A DNA stretch of 64,000 nucleotides from the human T2T-CHM13v2.0 reference genome, Homo sapiens. The notes below the pieces were generated by a model that saw only the letters and a list, made by a program, of their open reading frames with translations, did not search any database and was not told the origin of the DNA. Positions within the stretch are counted from its first letter, which is position 1. Each line of letters starts with the position of its first letter. Of the stretch, positions 63,701-64,000 are shown in pieces. The translations under genes were made by a program, and so were the position numbers. Location of the stretch: NCBI RefSeq assembly GCF_009914755.1, contig NC_060937.1; one strand, given 5' to 3'.

Positions 63701-64000
63701 ACACCAAATATATATTATATGCTGTACATAATATATTAAAGTCAACCAAATATATATTATATACTGTACATAAAATATGAAGATACATCAAATATATATT
63801 ATATGCTGCACATAAAATATCAAAGTATCCAAAGTATGTATTATACACTGTACATAAAATATCAAAATACCAAAAGTATATATTACATACTGTAAATAAA
63901 ATATGAAGGTACCACATATATATATTATATTCTGTACATAAAATATCAAAGTACACCAAGTATATACTATATACTCTGCATAAAATATTAAATTACCCAA
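54606..64000 (+). repeat. Recent segmental copy (at least ~9.3 kb) of 13321-22715, offset 41285
   Basis: ORF pairs 13341/54626, 17924/59209 and 22414/63699 share the offset. Shared rare variants include AGAAAAGTTCC, CTGTACTAAA, ATTGTTTACTG and GTATCCAAAG. Confidence 0.9.
55463..61791 (+). repeat. Intact A+B HOR dimer, 6329 bp (3307 + 3022), a copy of 14178-20506
   Basis: Anchors at 55463, 58770 and 61792. ORF-track translations match 14178-20506 at a constant offset of 41285. Confidence 0.85.

Larger units (their letters stand above)
1..64000 (+). repeat. Satellite I / HSat1A (SAR) 42-bp tandem satellite array, about 1,520 monomers, running off both window edges
   Basis: The monomer ACATAAAATATCAAAGTACCCAAAATATATATTATATACTGT (42 nt, ~19% GC) or a variant of it repeats on every line in the same orientation. 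Two GTAC (RsaI) sites per monomer give the 17+25 bp units described for human Satellite I. A common variant reads ATATGAAGGTACATC in place of ATATCAAAGTACCC. The family name comes from recall of the consensus, not from a database search. Confidence 0.95.

Noticed and set aside
230-64000. Hundreds of 60-245 aa ORFs on both strands (YILYIKYQSTQN, YFGYFDILCTVYN and ILGTLIFYVQYII repeats)
   Set aside because: The 42-nt monomer is 14 codons and has three stop-free frames. The ORFs overlap on both strands, recur with the HOR, are broken by random indels and stops, and resemble no protein family I recognise.
1-64000. CRISPR-like alternation of a conserved part (CTGTACATAAAATAT) and a more variable part
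   Set aside because: The variable parts are point variants of one 25-bp consensus rather than unique spacers. There is no leader and no cas genes.
1-64000. TATA-box-like (TATATAAAA) and polyadenylation-like (AATAAA) motifs
   Set aside because: These are expected by chance in ~80% AT repeat DNA, and there is no associated gene or other evidence of function.
1-64000. Inversions, embedded Alu/L1 fragments (HSat1B-like), alpha satellite, CENP-B boxes or telomeric repeats
   Set aside because: I looked for these by eye and saw none. Every line reads as the same-orientation 42-mer, with no GC-rich or unique island.
1-64000. Assignment to a specific chromosome or species
   Set aside because: HSat1A occurs on several human chromosomes (3, 4 and the acrocentrics) and related satellites exist in other primates. 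Assignment needs alignment to T2T assemblies, which I cannot run.

Overview
The whole 64 kb window is one uninterrupted, single-orientation array of a very AT-rich 42-bp tandem repeat. The consensus is ACATAAAATATCAAAGT-ACCCAAAATATATATTATATACTGT, with 8 G+C in 42 nt. This matches classical primate/human Satellite I (HSat1A, RepeatMasker 'SAR'), in which two RsaI (GTAC) sites cut each monomer into 17-bp and 25-bp pieces. I see no genes, RNA genes, transposons, CRISPR arrays or inversions. Every ORF in the track is an artefact of the 42-nt (14-codon) period. What is interesting is the nested architecture, which I read from diagnostic variants: (1) 42-bp monomers; (2) two alternating ~3-kb higher-order repeat (HOR) types, A (3307 bp) and B (3013 bp, or 3023 bp with a 10-bp insertion), forming a 6320-6330 bp dimer; (3) an older internal duplication at 1340-bp offset inside the unit; (4) many deleted, duplicated or chimeric HOR variants whose lengths I can mostly account for to the base; and (5) very recent, near-identical multi-kb duplications at offsets of 7865, 30653, 38530, 41285 and about 49400 bp. 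I found no evidence of a new coding or functional system. The findings concern how the satellite evolves. Species and chromosome cannot be established from the sequence alone.
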